Below, piece after piece: positions 1 to 14,725 of a stretch of DNA of 64,000 bases; position 1 is the stretch's first letter, and every line of letters begins with the position of its first letter. The DNA is from the human T2T-CHM13v2.0 reference genome, Homo sapiens. Location of the stretch: assembly GCF_009914755.1 (NCBI RefSeq), contig NC_060935.1, one strand, 5' to 3'. The position numbers and the translations under genes are program-made. Below the pieces are notes generated by a model, which was not told the DNA's origin, searched no databases, and saw nothing but the letters and a program-made list of their open reading frames with translations.

Positions 1-835
1 CATGCTCAGATCTCAGCATCATGGGACCAGGAGATGGTGAAGGAAGCTAGGATTAAGCAGAATTTGCTTCCAAGAGTAAAGGATTTGGCAGGTTGGAGGA
101 AGATTATCTAGCCACAGAGGTAAGTCCTAGTAAGGATGGTGGAGCAATCTGAGATATACCAGAATACGGTCCCATCATAGCCCAAATGGGATCTGTTGGT
201 GGTATCTTCCTGCTATGTTCACTGCTATAGTAGATTAGGATTGTATACTATGTGTTCAGGATAGAAGAACAGCTTTACCTGTAGCAATTAATTAGTCAAA
301 TATAGAAGGCAGACAAAGAGTTGGGAAACTAGGCGGCAACCACAGCTTAAGAGGAGTTCACTGGTAGGTAATTAAATGATATTTATGATGAAAATAACAA
401 ATATCAGCGTGGCTAGTCAGGACCAGCTGACACTACTGGTCTGGAATACCATGAAGATAATCAGGCAAACTACAGAGTACAGAAATGAAGCAAAAATTCA
501 CTTTTGCAACTGGACCAGTACAGTAGGGAGAATGAAATATTGCAACTTGGTTGCAATAGGGCACCTGCTTCGGTAGGTGTAGCAACACAGTAATCTCACT
601 CCCAGGTTTAGGCCTACAGTGATTAGACTTCTTGCTAAACTTCATTTGATGGGGCTGAGACTTCTGACATTCTTATTGCTTCTGCCAGGAAAGTCTTTAC
701 AGTTCCAACTCAAAAACTGTAAATATTTGAACCTATACATGGGATTCCTTTGACATTTATTCTTACATTCATGCATTCACTCCTTATCAAACACATACAA
801 TGTGCCATGAAAATGTGCAGGGGTTAGACCATGAC

Positions 836-992
836 CAAGACATAATCTATACTATAGTATATTAATCTATACCATCAAGTAATTTATTTTCTAGTAAGGT
901 AGTTCTTCAATAATATATGCAAGACATAATCTATACTATACTAATCTATACTATCAAGTAATTTATTTTCTAGTGAGGTAGTTCTCTAATAA
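836..992. repeat. Two-copy tandem duplication, ~84 bp period
   Basis: caagacataatctatactata...atcaagtaatttattttctagt(a/g)aggtagttct...aataa at 836-913 and 920-992. Confidence 0.9.
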
Positions 993-1449
993 GTACTGAG
1001 CGCACATGGAAAGCAGTAGTGGCTCAAAGTTCTGGTGGTGTGTGTGGGTGGGAGGGTTAAGAGAGGATTTCCTGGAGGAAATAGATCCACCTGTGAGGAT
1101 AATGGAGGCAGAGAAAGGTAGACAAGCAGCAACAGGAACATACACCTGTTTAATAAAAGCAAACACATTTAAAACAATATGGAAGTGGCCCAGCAAGATA
1201 TCTACCCCAGTAAAAGAAATTCATGAAAACCACCCCCACTGCCATCTGATTACCATGTTCAGCTGCGGTGAAGTGGAAGGAAGGTTAGGCTGTGCCACAG
1301 ATATTTATAGACTCTTAAATAGCTGTAAAAGCGTGGCATTGAATGACATTTGTGTAACCCCTTTCCTAATAATAGGGATTAGAGCTGCAGAAGATCTAGG
1401 TGGTCATGTAGTTCAATCTCTGATCATTTCTAATTCTAGAAAGGTGTAA

Positions 1450-1745
1450 TAATAATTATTTACATTTGCATAATACTTTATAAAGCACTTTCATAGCCAT
1501 TATCTTATTTGCTCCTCAAAACAATTTTCTGAAATAAGCAGGAATAATATCATCAAAATTATAAAAAACAATTTTCTGAAATAAGCAGGAATAATATTAT
1601 CAAAATTATTATTGCCTGGAAAAGGAAACTTAAGACGGTAGGAAATTTACATTAATGGCTAGAGATGATAACACTAGGGAGTGGAGTCAAATCTGGGATC
1701 CAAATTTCTAACCTCTTATCCAATGTTCTTTCCATAATACCACCT
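1450..1745. mobile_element. MIR SINE remnant containing a 47 bp tandem duplication
   Basis: MIR core (aagcactttcata...ttatcttatttgctcctcaaaacaa...aggaaact); acaattttctgaaataagcaggaataatat(c/t)atcaaaatta repeated at 1521 and 1568. Confidence 0.7.
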
Positions 1746-4408
1746 GCTTTAATTTGCTAACCAAGGGAGAGCTGATACTTAGCAACTGGGAGTCTCATAT
1801 CCTCTCTTGGTGACTCTCCAGGTATTTATTGTTCCTTTCTGTGAAGAGCCTATGAGGAGAGGGAGAAATCATGTTACACAGAGAAAGTCCTTCAAAGTAC
1901 GACCTCTCTGGAACACCTATCTTAGTTTCTCTTTGGCAGTTTGTAGAAAAGGAATGTTTTTGTCCTTACCTCAGGCTTTCTATTTGAGAATCTGTGGGTG
2001 TAAGGAATGCATTTTTAACAAGCCCATTTGGGAATATTGATGCCATCTGGGAAGTGTAAAAGTAATTACAGAACTGCTTCTACAGAGTGTTGGTAGGCTC
2101 TACCATCTAAGACCCCCTACCCCAGTCAGAATAGATGAAGCAGAAACAAGACGAGGAGGAAGCTCCAGTCAGCTCCTCTTCATGCAGAAATGGCATCAAG
2201 GACTAGTATTAGAGAGGATATAGCCCCCGACAAATTCTATCAACTTCTGAAAAGATGCATTTAAAAACAGCGAGATTGCTATGAAAATATACCTTCAAGG
2301 AGACTCTCCTAGGCTCTCCTTCCAACAGAATTGCCATTTAGCCCTGTTTTATAGAAACCCCATGTCTGTTCTTGCATGGGCTATTACAGCAGGACCCACA
2401 GTTTTAAGGGAAAAGGGTGATGGACCATCTCACTTCTTCTGTAAGAATCCAGTAGGCAAGTAAATGTGTAAAGCTCTGAGGAAAATATCAAGAGAAAATA
2501 TCTACTCAAGTTGCCACTACTTGGCACCAAACTGGGTACACGATAGACTTCATGTTATGTTCAGGTTTTACTAGTACAAGATTCTAGGGGGAAGGGGAAA
2601 GTGGTGAGCAGATGATATTTTCATAACCTGAGTATAATGGAACTTTATCTCAATCTCAGTTTCCAAACATCTAGGACATCCACACTTCTCATGCCAAATA
2701 ATTTGCCTCACTGCTGGATTAAGTTCAGGGTGACTGGAAATGACAGAGCCAGGCCTTTCTCATAACGACCCTCAATGGTGACCTCCTCATAGAAGGCATT
2801 GTATCTTTTCTTCTGTGGACTCTCACAGGCTGAATGGGCTTGCAGGATTCAGAGCCAGTGAGAGATATGATTACAAAGCCTCAGGATAAGCCTTAGGCCA
2901 TTTTACCAGGATCCAAATTATCAGTGAACCAAACAGCCTGGCTGGAGGAGATTTGAGGCAAATACAATCACATTGCATCGTATCAGAAACCTAATAACAA
3001 TTTTCCACAAGTAGTCACTAACCAAAAATGGCATATTGTAGCCCCATAAGCAGCAGATACTTCTAATTAGCTCTAGATGATTGACCACACATACAGATTT
3101 GGCTATACATGCTAGAAGTAATTGCAGTTAATTGTCAATGGTAATGAAGCTTGTATTGACTAGTTAGGCAAACATCAAAAGCAAAATTCAAAGCTGTTTC
3201 AAGAAAATATTGAAATGATACAAAGGTTGCTGAACAAGGCAACTGTCCACAGATTTGTGAAGTTAATGTAAGAAGCATACTAGTAAGGTTCCATCCTATA
3301 TCACAATTTTAAGGGCAGATTAATCATATACCTCCCATTTCCTAAGGTCTAAATTTAAAAATCTAGGACCATAGTTAGATAAATAACTTTGCGTCTTCTT
3401 TCAGTGGAAAGCCAAATGAGAGCAATTTGATTTACATTAAGTATTTTCAAGTGAATAATATTAATGAAAGGCCAGAGGGAAAAAATGACAGGAAAGAAAA
3501 TTATACCGAGGCCTAATAGCAATACATTACAAACAGACAGGGAGACATTAACAGCTAGACATTCTGTGCAGCAAACCATTATTTATGACAAGGTCACCTT
3601 TGCTTTAAGTAGATATTCAGCAGTCATTGCATAATAGGCTAGTGGGGACTTCAGAAATCTTAAAACCTCGCCCCTTTATTTTATAGCTTTTGCAACTGAA
3701 GCCCAGGAGTGGGGAATGGAAGAGAAGGAAAGGAACAAGTATCGAGCACCTATGGTATGAAAATGCACATTTCTATGCCTTTCACACACCCCACCTTTCA
3801 ATCCCTACATGAACCTTGAAAGGCAGGTGTCACTGGTCTCAAGTCATGCTTTAGGAAATTAACGCTTCACAGCAGAAATGGTAGGGCGTGTCCTACTGCA
3901 CCATGATGCCTTCCTAAAAAGAAAATAAAGGTGGCTCATTTGGTGAACCAGCACTGCTCTGGTATTAGAATCCAATCCTGACTCAGGAATCAACCCATAA
4001 CAACTCTATCAGAAGTACTTTCGAGAATCTAAAAAATAATATCCAAGAACCATTTAAAAAGTGAAAACATTTGGCAAACACTGAGTTTAAGGTTGAGGTA
4101 AGTCCTACATACTCCAGAATATGTATCTATATGCTTACTCAGAAATAAGGAAGTCTAGTAGAGTACATTGATTAAAAATGATGACTGACATTGATTGAAG
4201 AGAGAGTGTATGCCTGTCTGTATACTAGACTATTTTAATTGATACTCAATTATAATTGTTATATTTTACACATAGCAAATAAATATACCATAGAATTGTT
4301 AAGTGACTTCACAAGTTATATAGTCAAGAAATGGAAAAGCCAGATTTTAAACCCAGGGTTATGGTCACCCAAAGCTTTTGCTTTTTCTCTACTACTCACT
4401 TCTCCTAA

Positions 4409-4760
<352 letters not shown>

Positions 4761-5094
4761 TAACATTCTTAGGCTGAGCAGTTCGTTTGGACCTCGGCCT
4801 TGTAGATCTTGTAACTTCTATCTTTTATTTTCTTCATATTTTGTAACTTCAAACTTTTATGTTTCTTTTCTGTACCAGTCTTGTGTCTCCAAAAAGATGG
4901 AAAACTTAAGTGTCTCTCTATTTAATTCCAACACCCAGTGTGAGACCTCACAGATTGTTGGCAGAGAAAATGTCAATAGTGATATCTGTGAGAGGAGCTG
5001 CTTTTGGTAGGCTGTAGTGATAGAGCCTCTAGCAGCCAATCCACCTCAGCGTTTTTATTCAATCACTTTTTGCTCATGCTGAGAAATTCCTGAG

Positions 5095-5300
5095 GCATTC
5101 AAGAAGTAGGCATTTCTGAAAAGCCCCATCTACTACTTAAGTGACCTTGGGAATATTATTTAGTCCGTCTGTGTCTTGGTTCCCTCATCTTTAAAACGAA
5201 CCTAAGATCACATATCTCAGAAGCTTGAGTAAAAATTAGAAGAAATAATTCTTTGTTGAGTGACTGGCATGTAATAAGCATGCAATAAATGTTGATCATT
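5095..5300. mobile_element. MIR remnant
   Basis: ctactactta agtgaccttggg...tctgtgtcttggttccctcatctttaaa...ctggcatgtaataagcatgcaataaatgtt. Confidence 0.75.
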
Positions 5301-7080
5301 ATAGCCCCCTTTGGTTCCAACCTTTGCTAATCACCCTTGAATAATCCTTAGATTGATAACCCTTGGAATCCCTCTGCTCCTCCTTGACCTCTTTAACACG
5401 GCCCAACAAACAGCTTAACTCAGGTGTTGTCTCTCTAGGAATAGCATCATCATTATTCTTACTCCCACAGCTCTGGCTTGGTTAATAATACATTTTTTTT
5501 GTGTGTTTCCTCTGAAATATATATAGACTTCCACAATAACTTCTACAACACTGTAAAGTAGTTTTTCCCCTTTAATTTTCCTTTTTCCTTCTACTGGGCA
5601 ATAATATGCTTGACAACAGGGATGGTGCCTAAGGTATCTTTGTTTAGCGTGATTCTAGCCTAGTAAGTGTCACATTTGTGCTGAATTAATCCCAGATATC
5701 ATATACAAACAAACAAATTATTCCTATACTGGAGACTATAGTGGACAATTTATTTTCTTGAGGCAGAAATGGGATTCAATTTGGCCTCAATGATTCTGGA
5801 GACAAAAAAAAAAAATAAGCTTAAGCCAACATCTTTTTCCAATATACGAGCTGATTTATTTTCACCTGCATTCATCATATACTAACTGCTTATTAAATGA
5901 AAATAAATTATCTGAGTTTCTGACTTCTTGCTATAGCCAAAGATAGAGACTGTTAATATGCTAGAATAGCTATTTTCTATATATTCACACATCAAAGATG
6001 GTTGTAATCAGAAAAAAAGTAGCATGTAAGAAGTTGGGAATAAAGAAGTATGGCTGCTGTTGCCAATATCAAAACTTAAAAATTTAATGGAGTCAAGAAA
6101 CCTAACCATAAAAATCCAAAAATCAATGAAGCATATCGTTTAGACCTTGTGTTTCTTTCTGAAACTTTCAGGTATACAGAATATCCAATTTAAACAGAAT
6201 TTTTAAAAATGTCATATATTATTTTTTACTTTGAAATGAACAAGATTCACAAAGTAAGTATACTGTGAGTATAATATTGTCATTGCATAAAGAAGACAAC
6301 CCGTTATCCAATTATTTTAATGAGATAATATTCCATTTCTAACAAACAACCTTCTGTTTCTCACTAAAACCAAAGGCTCTCAACCTGGTTTCCCATTTTC
6401 TGGTAGTGACGAGTTAAGGCTTCAAAACTGTTTCCAAAAACACAGCTCATTTTTCCACAAACTCTAATGATTTATTCAGATGCATGTGGTTTTCACCATG
6501 TCAATGTGAATACAGCATAACAAGCTGGGTAACACATTCCTTAGACTTAAGCATTGGAGATAAACAGATTATGACTGAAACTGACCTAAGACTTGGAGTA
6601 GATATAGAACGAAGATAAATGCCTGAATTTAGATAAACATGAAGCTTCTTACTTATGTTCCTGTTAAACTACCAGATCACTAGACCCCACTAGAATATTT
6701 CTGAACTCTAGGCTGTACGTGTACCTCTAAATTTTAAAAAGCCTCTCTAGATGATAGATACACACAGTAAAGTGTAAGGACTACAAAGTGATTTCCTAAA
6801 AATGGAAAGGTGTCAAGTAGTTCTTCCTTATCTAACATGCAGGTAGATAAGAAAAATTCACTAGAATATACATACTTTACTTCTCAGATTTTGTGGTAAG
6901 AAAAAGTGAGTGCAGTTTGTCTAACCGGCTATCCAGGAAAAAAAAAAAAAGATCACGTAACGAGGAGTAACACAGAATAATGGACTAAAAACATATAGAA
7001 ATACCATTTTAATAGTTGTTCGACCACCTTCTGCTTAGAAACTGATTTGTGTTATTTTTTATTAAAATCAATTATTCATT

Positions 7081-10000
7081 GACCCAGAGGGCCAATTAGA
7101 AGCAGCTGTGGTCTGCAGCACTCATGGAGAGGAATATAAAAGGGTGAGTGAATTCAGCACCTTCGACTGAAATATCCAGGTTCTTACATTGGGATTGACT
7201 AGGCAAACAACCTGACCCACGAAGAAGGAAGAAAAGTCAGAGGTGAAGTATGTTCCACTCTGGAGTAGCAGAGAGCCAAAGGAACCCCCATCCCCAGGCA
7301 AGGGAAGCAGTAAGTGATTGTACAACCCTGCCCAGGAAACCACACCTCTCCCATGGATCTTTGCAACCCATGGATCAAAATATCCCCTATGAGGTGATCC
7401 CCACCGGGGCTTTGGGTCTGATAAACAGAGTTGTGTGGAGTCTCAGCAGAGCAGCCACTCAGGCACACACAGAGACTGGGAGTTTTACATACTCCAGCCC
7501 TGGGATTCCTAGCAAGGCATGAAAGCCAACCATAGCTATACCTAGGAAGGGAGCTTAATCCAGGGAGCCAAGCAGTATTGTTCTGCAGGCCCTACTTCCA
7601 TGTCACCTCACAAGTTAAGAACCACTGGCTTGGAATCCTAGGCAGCCAACAGCAGTGGGTTGAGGTCTTCCTGAGATGGGTCTGAGTTCCCAGGGGGAGG
7701 GGTAGCCATCATCTCTGTGGTTCAGTTGAGTCAGCTGCTCCAGCCTGCAGGCTGTGGAGAACATAAGTGGTCTGGATGAGAAAGGGTTCACCGCAATGCA
7801 GTGTACCTGCTCTACCAGAAAGCATCCAGACTGCTTCTCTGGGCAGGTCCCTGATCCCGTTCCTCCTGACTGAATGAGACCTTCCAATGGAGGTCTCCAG
7901 CCACCTCCTACAGGTGAATGCAGGCTGGCAACAGGTCAGTACCCCCCCAGGACCAAGCTTCCAGAAAAGACACTGGATGCCATCTTGCTATTTCACAGCC
8001 TTCACTGGTGATACCTCCAGGTATGGGAAAAACTGAGGCAACTGGGTTCTGGAGTGGACCCCCAGCAAACCACAGCAGCCCTACAGTAGAGTGGCCTGAT
8101 TGTTAAAAACAACCAAACCGAAAACAACAACAATAACATCAACAGAGAAACCCCACAGAAACCCCATTCAAAGGTCAACAACCTCAAAAGTCAAAGGTAG
8201 ATCAGCCCACAAAGATGAGAAAGAATCAACACAAAAATGCTGAAAACTCAAAAAGCCAAAGTACCTCTTCTCCTCTAAATGACTACAACACCTCTCGAGC
8301 AAGGACCCAGAACTGGACTGAGGCTGAGATGGCTGAATTGACAGAAGTAGGCTTCAAAAGGTGGGTAATAACGAACTTCACTGAACTAAAGGAGCATGTT
8401 GTAACCTAATGCTAAGAAGGAAAAAGTGATAAAACAATAAAGGAGCTGATAGCCAGAATGGCCAGTTTAGAGAGAAACATAACTGATGTAATGGAGATAA
8501 AAAACACAAGAGAACTTCACAACGCACTCACAAGTATCAATAGCAAAATAGACCAAGTGGAGGAAAGAATCTCAGACCTTGAAAACTATCTTTCTGAAAT
8601 TTGACAGACAGACAAGATTAGATAAAAAAGAATTAAAATAAATTAACAAAACCTCTGAGAAATATGGGATTATGTAAAAAGACTAAACTTATGACAGATT
8701 GGGGTACCAAAAAGAGGTGGGGAAAGTGGAACCAAGTAGGAAGACATACTTCATGGTATCATTCATGAGAACTTCCCCAACCTAGCAAGGCAGGCCAACA
8801 TTCAAATTCAGGAAATACAGAGAAACCCAGTAAGATACTCCACAAAAATATCAAGCCATAGACACATAATCATTAGATTCTCACAGGTTGAAATGGAAGA
8901 AAAAATATTAAGGACAGCCGGAGAGAAAGGCCAGGTCACTTACAAAGGAAAACCTATTAGACTAACAGTGGACCTCTCAGCAGAAACCCTACAAGCCAGA
9001 AGAGATTGGGGCCAATATTCAACATTCTTAAAGGAAAGAAATTCCAACCCAGAGTTTCATATCTGGACAAACTAAACTTTATAAGTAAGGAGAATTTTTT
9101 TTTGAGACAAGCAAATGCTGAGGGAATTCTTCACCATGAGGCCTGCCTTGCAAGAGCTCCTGAAGGAAGCACTAAATATGGAAAGGAAAAACCGTTGCCA
9201 GCTACTACAAAAACACACTGAAGTACACAGACCAGTGACACTATGAAGGAACCACACAAACAAGTCTGAAAAATAACCAGCTAGCATAATGATGATAGAA
9301 TCAAATTCACATATATCAATACTAACCTTAAATGTAAATGGGCTAAATGACCCAATTAAAAGACACAGAATGAAAAGCTGGACGAAGAGCCAAGACCCAT
9401 TGTAATGCTGTCTTTAAGAGACCCATCTCACATGCAAAGACACACACAGGATCAAAATAAAAGGATGGAGGAAAAGGGATAGCAAGAAAATAGAAAACAG
9501 AAAAAAGAAGTGGTTGCAATCCTAGATTCTGACAAAACAGATTTTAACCAACAAAGATCAAAAATGACAAATAAGGGCATTACATAATGGTAAAGTCTTC
9601 AATTCAACAAGAAGAGCTAACTCTCCTAAATATATATGCACCCAATGCAAGAGCACCTGGATTCATAAAGCAAGTTCTTAGAGACCTCCAAAGAGACTTA
9701 GACTCCCACATAATAATAATGGGAAACTTTAACATTCCACTGACAATATTAGATCATTGGGATAGAAAATTAACAAAGATATGCAGGATCTAAACTTAGC
9801 TCTGGATCAAGTGGCCCTGATAGATATCTACAGAATTCTCCACCCAAATTCAATAGAATATACATTCTTACCACCACACATCACTTTAAAATTGATCTCA
9901 TAATTGGGAGTAAAACACTCCTCAGCGAATGCAAAAGAACTTAAATCATAACAAACAGTCTCTCAGACCACAGCACAAATTAGAACTCAATATTAAGAAA

Positions 10001-13000
10001 TTCACTGAAAACCACACACCTACATGAAAATTGAACAACCTCTTCCAGAATGACTCTTGGGTAAATAATGAAATTAAGGCAGACATCAAAAAGTTTGTTG
10101 AAACTAATGAGTATAAAGAGGCATCTCTGGGATGCTGTAAGGCATGGTTAAGAGGGAAATTTATAGCACTCAATGCCCACATCAAAAACTAGAAAGATCA
10201 CAAGTTAGAAACTTCACATCTCAACTAAAAGAACTAGAGAAACAAGAGGAAAGAAACAGAACTAGAGAAACAAGAGGAAACAAACCCCAAAGATAGCAGA
10301 AGCCAAAAAAAAAAAAAAAAAATAAAAACAAAGAACAAAATCAGAGTGGAAATAAAGGAAATAGAGACATGCAAAACCCATCAAGAAATGAACAAATCCA
10401 GGAGCTGTTCTTTTGAAAAAATTAATAAAACAGACCACTAGCTAGATTAAAAAGAAGGAAAAAGAGAAGAATCAAATAAATACAATCAGAAAGGATAAGG
10501 TGCATATTACCACTTACCCCATAGGAATTTAAACAACCATCAGAGAATATTATAAACACCTCTATGCACATAAACTAGAAAATCTAGAAGAAACCGATAC
10601 ATTTCTGGACACATACACCCTCTCAAGACTGAACCGGGGAGAAACTGAATCCCTGAATAGACTAATAATGAGTTCTGAAATTGAGGGAGTAATAAATAGC
10701 CTACCAACGGACAAAAGCTCAGGACCAGACAGATTCACAGCTGAATTCTACCAGAGGTACAAAGAAGAGCTGGTACTATTTCTACTGAAACTATTCCAAA
10801 CAATTGAAAGGGAGTGACTCCCCGTTAAGTCATTCTATGAGGCCAGCATCATCCTGACACCAAAACCTGGCAGAGATACAACAAAGGAAACTTCAGGCCA
10901 ATATCCTTGTTGAACATGAATGCAAAAATCCTCAATAAAATACTGGCAGACTGAATCCAGCAGCACATCAAAAAGCTTATCCACCATAATCGAGTTCGCT
11001 TCATTCTCAGGATGCAAGGTTGTTTCAACATATGCAAATCAATACATGTAATTCATCACATAAACAGAACTAAAGACAAAAACCACACGATTATCCAAAT
11101 AGATGCAGAAAAGGCCTGTGATAAAATCCAACATCCCTTCATATTAAAAACTCTCAATAAACTAGGTATTGAAGGAACATACCTCAAAATAATAAAAGCT
11201 ATATATAACAAATCTACAGTCAATATCATACTGAATGTGCAAAAGCTGGAAGCAGTTCCCTTTAAAACTGGCCACAAGACAATGATGCCCTCTCTCACAC
11301 CTCCTATTAAACATAGTATTGAAAGTTCTGGCCAGGGCAATCAGGCAAGAGAAAGAAATAAATGATATTCAAATAGGAAGAGAAAAAGTCAAATTATCTT
11401 TGTTTGCAGATGATGTGATCCTATATATAGACAACCCCATAGTCTCAGCACAAAAGTTTATTAAGGTGAGAAGCAACATCAGCAAAGTCTCAGGATATAA
11501 AGTCAAAGTGCAAAAATTGCTAGCATTCATATATACCAACAACAGGCGAGCCAGAAGCCAATCATGAATGAACTCCCATTCACAATTGCTACAAAAAGAA
11601 TAAAATACATAGGAATACAGTTAACATGGGAAGTGAAGGACCTCTTCAAGGAGAACTACAAAACACTGCTCAAATAAATGAGAGAGGACACAAACAAATG
11701 GAGAAACATTCCATGCTCATGGATAGGAATAATCAATATTGTGAAAATGGCCATACTGCCCAAAGTAATTTATGGATTCAATTATATTCTCATTAAACTA
11801 CCTTTGCCATTTTTCACAGAATTAGAGAAAATATTTTAAATTTCATATGAAACCAAAAAAGAGCCCAAATGGGCAAGACAGTGCTAAGCAAAAAGGACAA
11901 AGCTGAAGGCATCATGCTACCTTACCTGACTTCAAACTGTAATACAAGAGTACAGTAACCAAAGCAGCATACTACTGGTCCAAGAACAGACACATAAACC
12001 AATGGAACAGAAGAGAGAACTCAGAAATAAGACTGCACACTTACAACTATCTAATCTTTGACAAACCTGACAAAAAACAGTAATGGTGAAAAGATTTCTT
12101 ATTTAATAAATGGTGCTCAGAGAACTGGTTAGCCATATCCAGAAAATTGAAACTGGACCCCTTCCTTACACCATATGCAAAAATTAATTCAAGATGGATT
12201 AAAGAATTAAGTGTAAAACTCAAAACTATAAAAACCCTAGAAAAACATCTAGGCAATACCATTCAGGACAGAGGCATGAGCAAATATTTCATGATGAAAT
12301 CACCAAAAGCAATTGCAACAAAAGCAAAAATTGACAAATAGTATTTAATTAAACTAAAGAGCTTCTTCAGAGCAAAATAAACTATCAGACTGAACAGACA
12401 ACCTACAGATTGGGGGAAATTTTCTGCAATCTATCCATCTGACAAAAATCTTATATCCAGATTCTACAAGGAACTTAAACAAATTTATGAGAAAAAACAA
12501 CCCCATCAAAAACTGGGCAAAGGACATGAACAGACATTTCTCAAAAGAATACATACATGTGGCCAATAAACATATGAAAAAAGCTCAGTATTACTGATCA
12601 TTAGATAAATGTAAATCAAAACCACAATGAGATACCATCTCACACCAGTCAGTATGGTGATTATTAAAAAGTCAAAAAATAACAGATGATGGCGAGATCG
12701 TTGGTAGAAATGTACATTAGTTCAACCATTGTGGAAGACAGTGTGGCAATTCCATAAAGACCTAGAGGCAGAAATATCATTTGACCCAGCAATCCCATTA
12801 CTAGGTACATACTCAAAGGAATATAAACCATTATATTATAAAGATACATGCATGCATATATTCATTGAAGCACTATTCACAGTAGCAAAGACATGGAATC
12901 AACCTAAATCCCCATCAATGATAGGCTGGATAAAGAAAATGTGTTACATAGACACTGTATTAGTCCATTTTCACACTGATGATATAGGCATTCCCGAGAC

Positions 13001-13680
13001 TGAGCAATTTACAAAAGAAAAAGGTTTACTGGCCTCACATTTCCACATGGCTGAGGAGGCCTCACAATTATGGCAGAAGATGAAAGGCACGTCTCACATT
13101 GCAGCAGACAAGAAAAAAGAGCTTGAGCAGGGAAACTCCCGTTTTTAAAAACATCAGATCTCATGAGACTTATGCACTATCACAAAAACAGCACGGGAAA
13201 GACCTGCCCCCATGATTCAATTATCTCCTGCTGGGTCCCTCCCACAACACGTGGGAATTATGGGAACTACAAGATGAGATTTGGGTAGAGACAGAGAACC
13301 AAACCATATCATACACCATGGAATACTATGTAGGCACCAAAAGGAATAAGATCATGTCCTTTTCAGGGACATGGATGGATTTGGAAACCATTATCCTCAG
13401 CAAATTAATGCAGGAACAGAAAACCAAACATCACCTGTTCTGACTTATAAATGGGAGCTGAGTGATGAGAACACTGGACACAGGGAGGGGAGCAACACAC
13501 ACTGGGTCCTGTCAGGGAATGCTGGGGAGGTTGGTGGAGGGATTGCTAATGGATGCAAGGCTTATTACCTAGGTGATGGGAAGATCTGTACAGCAAACCA
13601 CCATGGCACTTGTTTACCTATATAACGAACCTGCCCATCCTGCTCCTGTACTCCTGAACTTAAAATAAAAGTTGAAGAAG
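7081..13680 (+). mobile_element. Full-length LINE-1, older primate L1PA (about L1PA10-13); ORF1/ORF2 disrupted
   Basis: 5'UTR, ORF1 start MRKNQHKNAENSK at 8215, ORF2 EN/RT fragments, 3'UTR with aataaa. 17 bp TSD aaaat(c/t)aattattcatt at 7064-7080 and 13681-13697, preceded by TT (TT/AAAA EN site). Confidence 0.95.
12956..13311 (-). mobile_element. THE1 (THE1A/B-like) MaLR solo LTR inserted in the 3' end of L1 ORF2
   Basis: Termini tgtattagtcc...aaaccatatca (reverse complement of TGATATGG...TAATACA); 5 bp TSD gacac/tacac; L1 sequence resumes at tacaccatggaatactat. Confidence 0.95.
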
Positions 13681-14369
13681 AAAATTAATTATTCATTATA
13701 ATGTAGGTATATTGACTCTATCAATCAGGTGTGGCAGGAAAACAACATTGAATATTCTACCAGAATGGAAGGGAACCAATACTCAAAGGTAGGCACTTGA
13801 ATATACATCTGAGATTCTCAAAGGTGGTCATTACACTCCCAGATGTATCCTTATCAATTCCTACATTTTCTATAAAAAATTTACAGTTATTGGGTATTAC
13901 ATTTTTTGAGAATTATAAGTGCATATGTGAGGGTCTGTATGTATCTGTGTTCATACATATTAACTATCATCATCATCATATTTTTCCACCTTTTTATCCC
14001 CTCCTAAATTCAAAGATGGGGAAACTCAAACTATAACTTGCCAAAGTCTGACATCAAATTCTGCAGTTATACTACAGTTGGGGTTGGTCTGTTCTCCAAA
14101 TCAATTGTCTCTGTGCTCTGCCCAAGTGCTCCTAAAGACTTCAGCTTATTTTTGGGTCATCACTCATAGGCTGTGCAGCTCTGAACAATTTTACAACACT
14201 TCTGTAGGCCTTGCTCTCCTCATATGCAAACAGAGATATATAGTCCCCACTTTCTCTACAGAATTACTGAGATTCAAATGAAATATTATATTGAAGAACA
14301 CTCTGTAATCCTGCTAAACACTAGAGAAATATAATGGATTAACAATCCTTATAAGAAACTGAAGCAAAT

Positions 14370-14725
14370 GTGTATTTAGATGTTTCAATAAGGCATTTGG
14401 AAATAGAAGATATCTCATCAAAGACAAGAGCTTGGGGATTCTCAAGAGCTCAAATTGTAACTAGCTTCTCCCAATAGTTTCAGAAAACAGAGTCTCAGAG
14501 AAGGTACAAGATGCCGTAAATTAATATATCTGAAATGGGAAAAAACATAAAGTAGAACGACTTGGTCAATATTAACATGAACTTGACCAAATTAATTTTT
14601 TCATATAAAGTTATGGTTTAAAGATGAGAGCTACCATATCTGTGTAGGTTAGGAAGAGTTTTTAATCATATGGTAGGAAAAAATTGAATTTCTTTAAGTG
14701 AACAGTGTCCTATCACAATGGAAAT
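14370..14725 (+). mobile_element. Probable L3/CR1 LINE remnant
   Basis: gtgtatttagatgtttcaataaggcatttg resembles the CR1 RT motif YLDFSKAFD; downstream taggaagagtttttaatc...tcctatcac...ggaaatg resembles the L3 3' end. Confidence 0.4.

Noticed and set aside
1006-1449. 147 aa ORF
   Set aside because: Overlaps L2/MIR-like sequence, has no recognisable domain and no supporting splice or promoter context.
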